Assembly: GCA_965208675.1 (NCBI GenBank)
Contig: OZ242351.1
Location: 3,488,001 to 3,552,000 of the forward strand
DNA length: 64,000 nucleotides
DNA from: Candidatus Poribacteria bacterium
GTDB taxonomy: Bacteria > Poribacteria > WGA-4E > PCPOR2b
Direction: 5' to 3'
The notes beneath the pieces were generated by a model. That model did no database searches and was not told the origin of the DNA. It worked only from the letters and a program-made list of their open reading frames with translations. Shown here one piece after another: positions 59,229 to 64,000 of this stretch. Every line of letters starts with the position of its first letter. The first letter of the stretch is position 1. The position numbers and the translations under genes were made by a program.

Positions 59229-61406
59229 ATGCTTAGTCTTCATAACATTCAAAGAAACTCGGTTTACATACGTTTTGCACTGATTCTCTTTCTCACAGTT
59301 TTTGTCGCGAATACGCTTTGCGCCCAGACAGAGCTCTTGCTCAAGATTCCGGAAAGATCCGACCATCAGATTCGTGTTCTGAAAGCGCGTTTCAACATTA
59401 TACTGCGATATCGCACACAGGATCACTCCATCATTCAAGCTTACCATAGTACGCTGCCCGACTTGCCGTCCGCCGAAATCTTGGATTCGATCTCGCCCGG
59501 TTTCGATTACTACATCCTAATGCCAACTTCTACGCAGGAACGCACCAAGGTTGAACGGTATGGAAAGATTATAGATGCGACCGGCGGATTACTGCTTTTC
59601 AAATTGCGTACAGATTTCGAACCGGTTCTATTCGACCTGCCGGTGCATCACCGCGCTAAATTGCCCGCTGATGTCGCCGTACCGGAGGTGGAATTTGTAC
59701 CGTACGCACCAAGCGGCACAACGCCGCCGCAACAGCAATCCGTTATTCGTGATTTGCTGAGTCGGGTTGATTCCGATCAGTGGTTCAGGCAAATTATCGC
59801 ACTTGTCGAAAACGAAGATTTGAGCCGGCCGGGGAGTTTTTTCAGGAGCCGTTTCGCCCTACGGGTTCGTGAAGCGGTTCAACTCGACGGCAATCCCAAG
59901 CCGGACCACGCTTGCGACAATGCCGCAGACTACATCGCCGAACAGTTCCGAAGTTACGGCTTACAAGTCGAATTTGACCCTTTCCCTCACCGCCGCCGAA
60001 CCGCGCTTGGCGATCCGGTAGGAGAATATGTCATGCGGAATGTGGTGGCAACGCTGCCGGGCAAGGGGCCGAATAGAGACCTTATCTATCTAGTCACAGC
60101 ACACTACGATAGCATCGCCTCCAAAACGCCGGGCTGGGAGCAGAGCTGGCACACATTGCCGGCGCCGGGCGCATCGGACAATGCTTCAGGCGTCGCAGAA
60201 ATAATCGAAACTGCGCGCATCCTCAGTAACACAGATTTCGATCATACTATCAGGTTTATCGCCTTTTCGGGGGAGGAATTGTTTCTCTTTGGAAGTAGAC
60301 ACTATCGAGATTTGGTCAAACAGCGCGGCGATCAGATTGCGGGTGTCCTGAACTTCGATTTACTCGGACACGATCCGGACGGAATTCTGGACATCCATGT
60401 CCTTGGGAACGAGCAATCGCAATGGCTGGTGCACGCCTTCGCGAAGGCGGCAGAGAAATATGACATTCCGGTCGATTTGCGTATGAAGAACGATCCGAGT
60501 TTTATCTTCAGCGATCACTCCCCGTTTTGGGACATTGGTATCCCTGCTGTGATGGTAGCGGAAGAATCTTCGCTTGATGCACCAGAGGAATCGATAGACT
60601 ATATCCACAGCCAAGAAGATAATCTGGATAAAATCTCTCGGCCGTTGTTCGGGGAATTAGCCGTTAAACTGGGGGTAGCGACGCTTGCGGAACTTGCCCG
60701 ACCAATCAATCGACCAGGCGAAGCGGACGAATTGCGTCCCGATATTTTCTGGGAATCCAGCGAGATTGAGTTTTCCAACCCGACGCCTACCGAAGGGGAC
60801 GAGGTTATCCTGCACGCGAACGTTAAAAACGCCGGACCTGTCGCTGTAACGGGAATCAAGATTCGGTTTGTCGCCGAATCGCCCAACGGGGACTTTGAAG
60901 TGCTCTTGGATGAAGCGGTAAATCTCGACGTGGGTGAATCGAAAATGATTAGTGCGGCGTTCACCCCGTCCGCTTGGGGTGAATTCACGCTCCTCGCCAC
61001 AGCGAACAGCGAGGTGCATTTCCTCGAGTCGGATTTCAGCAACAACCAGATAGAAACGCCGTTGCCGGTCACCGATCCGGGCGTAACGGTCGAAAACGTG
61101 TATACGTATCCGAACCCAATCGACTTCAACAGAGACGGGGCGTCCTTGAGGTTCGTATATACGCTTAGCCGCGATGCCGACATCACTATCGGCGTGTATA
61201 ACGTATCCGGCGAAAAGGTTTTCGAAGAGCTGTTTTCGGCGGGGAGCAAAAACGGGAGATTAGGCGTTAATGATTCCTTTACTTGGTCCGGCCTCAAGAC
61301 GTTTGGCGAGAAAGTTGCCCCCGGCATCTACGTCGGCCGAATCGCCGCGACGGCTCTAAACGGCGCATCGTCGCAAGAAGAAACGAAGTTTGCCGTGATA
61401 TGGTAG
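59229..61406 (+). CDS. Secreted M28-family peptidase with CARDB and FlgD/T9SS-like C-terminal domains; start uncertain
   Basis: TAHYDS, GASDNASG, FSGEE, LNFDLLG, SDH and YIHSQED. CARDB ESDFSNN. YTYPNP...VAPGIY. Confidence 0.85.
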   Translation: MLSLHNIQRNSVYIRFALILFLTVFVANTLCAQTELLLKIPERSDHQIRVLKARFNIILRYRTQDHSIIQAYHSTLPDLPSAEILDSISPGFDYYILMPTSTQERTKVERYGKIIDATGGLLLFKLRTDFEPVLFDLPVHHRAKLPADVAVPEVEFVPYAPSGTTPPQQQSVIRDLLSRVDSDQWFRQIIALVENEDLSRPGSFFRSRFALRVREAVQLDGNPKPDHACDNAADYIAEQFRSYGLQVEFDPFPHRRRTALGDPVGEYVMRNVVATLPGKGPNRDLIYLVTAHYDSIASKTPGWEQSWHTLPAPGASDNASGVAEIIETARILSNTDFDHTIRFIAFSGEELFLFGSRHYRDLVKQRGDQIAGVLNFDLLGHDPDGILDIHVLGNEQSQWLVHAFAKAAEKYDIPVDLRMKNDPSFIFSDHSPFWDIGIPAVMVAEESSLDAPEESIDYIHSQEDNLDKISRPLFGELAVKLGVATLAELARPINRPGEADELRPDIFWESSEIEFSNPTPTEGDEVILHANVKNAGPVAVTGIKIRFVAESPNGDFEVLLDEAVNLDVGESKMISAAFTPSAWGEFTLLATANSEVHFLESDFSNNQIETPLPVTDPGVTVENVYTYPNPIDFNRDGASLRFVYTLSRDADITIGVYNVSGEKVFEELFSAGSKNGRLGVNDSFTWSGLKTFGEKVAPGIYVGRIAATALNGASSQEETKFAVIW

Positions 61407-61468
61407 AGGAGATATGTTTCACCGCGTGGGTTGAGCTTAGAGGAAATTCACGATAGAGAGGCAATTTA

Positions 61469-61828
61469 ATGAAGACTGCGATAAAACAGTGGCTGGATAC
61501 CTGCCGCGAGAAACATCAAGAGGGCGAATTGACAGAAGACGATTTCCTTCAATTGGAATCGCTTCTTGCCGGACGGAAACAGATGGTGCTTTACCTGTAT
61601 TCGAAATCGACCAACATGCGTTCGCCCATCGCTAGCTGGGCTTTGTACGATCCCACAAAACCTGATGAACCTACCCTTCCATCACAGGAGACACCGTACG
61701 CCTCAGTCATCGAAGCGGTGTGCGACGGCTGGCGGATCGTTCAATTTCCTATCTCGAAACTCTACCGGTTTTCGGATATCGATAACGCTTACTTGGGTTA
61801 TGAATTTATCTTGGAAAAATGGACGTGA
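61469..61828 (+). CDS. Conserved-looking hypothetical protein (119 aa)
   Basis: GAGG RBS and ATG. QMVLYLY...PYASVIEAVCDGWRIVQFP...GYEFILEK. Directly precedes the PhyH gene. Confidence 0.7.
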   Translation: MKTAIKQWLDTCREKHQEGELTEDDFLQLESLLAGRKQMVLYLYSKSTNMRSPIASWALYDPTKPDEPTLPSQETPYASVIEAVCDGWRIVQFPISKLYRFSDIDNAYLGYEFILEKWT

Positions 61829-61889
61829 GATGATTTTGGGCAGGACGGAAACAGCGTTCCTATGCCTGAAAGGAAAGGAGAAGATGATT

Positions 61890-62678
61890 ATGGACGTTCA
61901 ACCCACCATGAACGACAAGCGAGTGATGGAATTCGTTTCAAACGGATATGTCGTTCTTGAGGGTATTGTTTCGGACGCATTTAACCGCTATTGTGAAACG
62001 CTGCCGGGCGGGCAGATCGACGAATTCTTCAATACACCTGAGTTTTTCAAGGAAGTTATAATGACGCCGGAAGCTGCCGGGGTCGCCCGTTCACTTTTGG
62101 GCAAAGATTTCCTCGTGCCCGTCACGGCTCATCATCACCTGTTTGAAACACCTCATTCCGGCCAGTTTTGGCATTCCGACGGGATTTCCGAATATGGTTA
62201 CGGCGTTCACCATCTCCAATGTTATTACTATCCCAAAGCGGTTAGCCTTGAGGACGGCCCCACAATGGTGCTTCCGGGCTCGCACTATCGATTAGTCGAA
62301 CGAGAAGCCCTAGCGCATTACGGCAATATCATTGGGCAGCTCTCCTTGACCGTCCCTGCGGGTTCAGTTGTTATGACCCACTACGGCATCTGGCACAAGG
62401 CGGGGCCAAAGTTGAATTCGACGCGGCGCGGGATGATAAAATATTCCTATTTTCGCACCTCCCCGCCGAAGCGGGACTGGGTGACAGATTCGGATATAGT
62501 ACCGCCTTATGGCAATCAAGGGCGCCATGCCTACGCTTCCGAAGTGGAATGCTATCGAGACCTGATTCGATGTGAACGCACATGGGCGTGGCTGTGCGGT
62601 GTGGAACCGAATGATGATGTTTGCCGGGGCGCAAAACTATTCATGGATGCTCGCCCGCTCGCAGACATCAGCTATTGA
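61890..62678 (+). CDS. Phytanoyl-CoA dioxygenase family (Fe/2OG) protein
   Basis: AAGGAG RBS, FVSNGYVVL, WHSDG, YYPK...GPTMVLPGSH and IWHKA. Confidence 0.85.
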   Translation: MDVQPTMNDKRVMEFVSNGYVVLEGIVSDAFNRYCETLPGGQIDEFFNTPEFFKEVIMTPEAAGVARSLLGKDFLVPVTAHHHLFETPHSGQFWHSDGISEYGYGVHHLQCYYYPKAVSLEDGPTMVLPGSHYRLVEREALAHYGNIIGQLSLTVPAGSVVMTHYGIWHKAGPKLNSTRRGMIKYSYFRTSPPKRDWVTDSDIVPPYGNQGRHAYASEVECYRDLIRCERTWAWLCGVEPNDDVCRGAKLFMDARPLADISY

Positions 62679-62889
62679 GGCGGCATACCCGCCGACAATA
62701 AACCATCTAATTCCCGATGTGCTAGACGAGGAGCAGAAACAATATGTGAAGGCTTTAAGATTCGGCTGGCTTCGCTTCTACTCCTACGCACTCATTTATG
62801 AATGCGCTTTCCCTTGATGTTTATCCGAGCGATGGACAATTGAAAACTTGGGGCGGGCTCCGACGTTATCAAACGTGCATCTTTTTCGC

Positions 62890-62918
62890 TTGGCACGCAA
62901 CCGCTATCAAGGTATAAT
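62890..62918 (+). promoter_or_regulatory. Putative sigma70 promoter for the YceI gene
   Basis: TTGGCA-N17-TATAAT. Confidence 0.6.
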
Positions 62919-63049
62919 GTGCCCACCAGAACGTCTAAACGGACAATCGAGTGGAAGAGACACGTTGCTGCTGCGAAGTTCTCAACAAATTGAAATAGGC
63001 ACCTGTTTCCCAATACTAAAGCAAACAAAACGTCGAAAGGAAGAATATC

Positions 63050-63943
63050 TTGCGTAAATTAACCTTTAGCGCTTTTTTCTTTGTTCTGATTGGATCACTG
63101 ATATTGCCAACAGTAAGTTTAGCCGGCGAAAACCCCTGTAATCCTTGTGCGGAAGCAAGCGAGGAGCAGGCAAATCCCTGTAACCCGTGCAACCCTTGTA
63201 ATCCGTGCGCGGCGAATCCATGCAACCCGTGCGCCGCAGGGGCAACACTGTTCACAATTGACGACGATAGAAACACATTCACATTTGAGTCCAAGGCGCC
63301 GTTGGAAAAAATTATCGGCATGAGCAACAAAGTTGCAGGGCATGTTCATGTGAACCCGAACGATGTCACCAGCGGTTCAATGGCGAAATTTGAGTTGGAT
63401 CTCGCAAGCATGTCAACCGGGATTGGCCTTCGAGATGAGCACATGCGTGACCAGTTTCTGGAAACCGACAAGTACCCTAAAGCGGTGCTCACAATTGATA
63501 CAGTTACGAAAGCGTCCAGCGATACGCTTATGGATCAGAAGCCGGTAACGCTGGATGCAAAAGGAACGCTTGAGTTGCACGGCGTAAAGAATGAGGTGCA
63601 CCTCGAAGGTATCACCGTGACGTTTCTCAAAGAAAATGAACAAACCAATATGAGGCTGCCCGGCGATCTTATACATATTGACGGCAGCTTTGTATTGAAG
63701 CTTTCCGATTACAAAATCAAAAGGCCTCAGTTAGTCCTTCTCAAGTTGGACGACAACATCAAAGTCAGTGTCGATCTGTTTGGCACAACCGCCAAGATGT
63801 CGACGGAAAATCCGTGCAACCCCTGTAACCCATGCGCGGCGAATCCATGCAACCCGTGCAATCCGTGTGCGGCGAATCCGTGCAACCCATGCAACCCTTG
63901 CGCGGAAAATCCCTGCAATCCGTGTAACCCCTGCAGCAAATAG
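63050..63943 (+). CDS. Secreted YceI-family protein flanked by Asn-Pro-Cys repeats
   Basis: Signal peptide and YceI core ([45 protein letters not shown]). 8 N-terminal and 12 C-terminal NPC units. Confidence 0.88.
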   Translation: MRKLTFSAFFFVLIGSLILPTVSLAGENPCNPCAEASEEQANPCNPCNPCNPCAANPCNPCAAGATLFTIDDDRNTFTFESKAPLEKIIGMSNKVAGHVHVNPNDVTSGSMAKFELDLASMSTGIGLRDEHMRDQFLETDKYPKAVLTIDTVTKASSDTLMDQKPVTLDAKGTLELHGVKNEVHLEGITVTFLKENEQTNMRLPGDLIHIDGSFVLKLSDYKIKRPQLVLLKLDDNIKVSVDLFGTTAKMSTENPCNPCNPCAANPCNPCNPCAANPCNPCNPCAENPCNPCNPCSK

Positions 63944-64000
63944 ATAGCGGGTTGCAATCGTGAGAGGTACTGACTCTCTACGATTATTACCGTATCGTGT

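Noticed and set aside
61566-61889. N-terminal extension of the PhyH ORF in the ORF track
   Set aside because: It overlaps the 119-aa gene. A strong RBS supports a start near 61884-61890.

Overview
Bacterial chromosomal window. The gene content (signal-peptide WD40 protein, PhyH-family dioxygenases including a HEAT fusion, DUF6785-type membrane protein, CehA/McbA-type hydrolases, many intergenic palindromic repeats) resembles sponge-associated Candidatus Poribacteria, but that taxonomy is inference only. 1-14.4 kb is housekeeping/metabolic (gcvT-H-P, trkA-H, MoxR ATPase, nadA, UbiD-family decarboxylase, PhyH-HEAT, Zn-dehydrogenase). 14.9-18.7 kb holds a WD40 protein and a decayed ECF-sigma/carboxypeptidase-like locus. 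18.9-38.7 kb is a defence island. An Eco57I-like N6-adenine methyltransferase (with one in-frame TAG) and a PLD-nuclease/SNF2-helicase are separated by about 8.3 kb of co-oriented cargo: GNAT-PIN-PUA + ASCH, YwgA-like wHTH, Schlafen/AlbA_2-HATPase, a truncated relic, DUF5131, and ABC-ATPase + DUF4276. Three cargo starts are each preceded by an identical 25-nt repeat, and a relic copy of the methyltransferase 3' end lies inside the cargo. A RAYT transposase with REPINs, two tandem lipoproteins and two further methyltransferases follow. 40.5-53.3 kb is a catabolic cluster. 53.5-57.7 kb is a TroABCD/Mnt-type metal ABC transporter with a consensus promoter and a DtxR-type operator. The window ends with a MEMO1-family protein, an M28 peptidase, a small protein + PhyH pair, and a YceI protein carrying 20 Asn-Pro-Cys repeats. 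No rRNA, tRNA or CRISPR array was seen. All family assignments come from motif recognition by eye, not from database searches.
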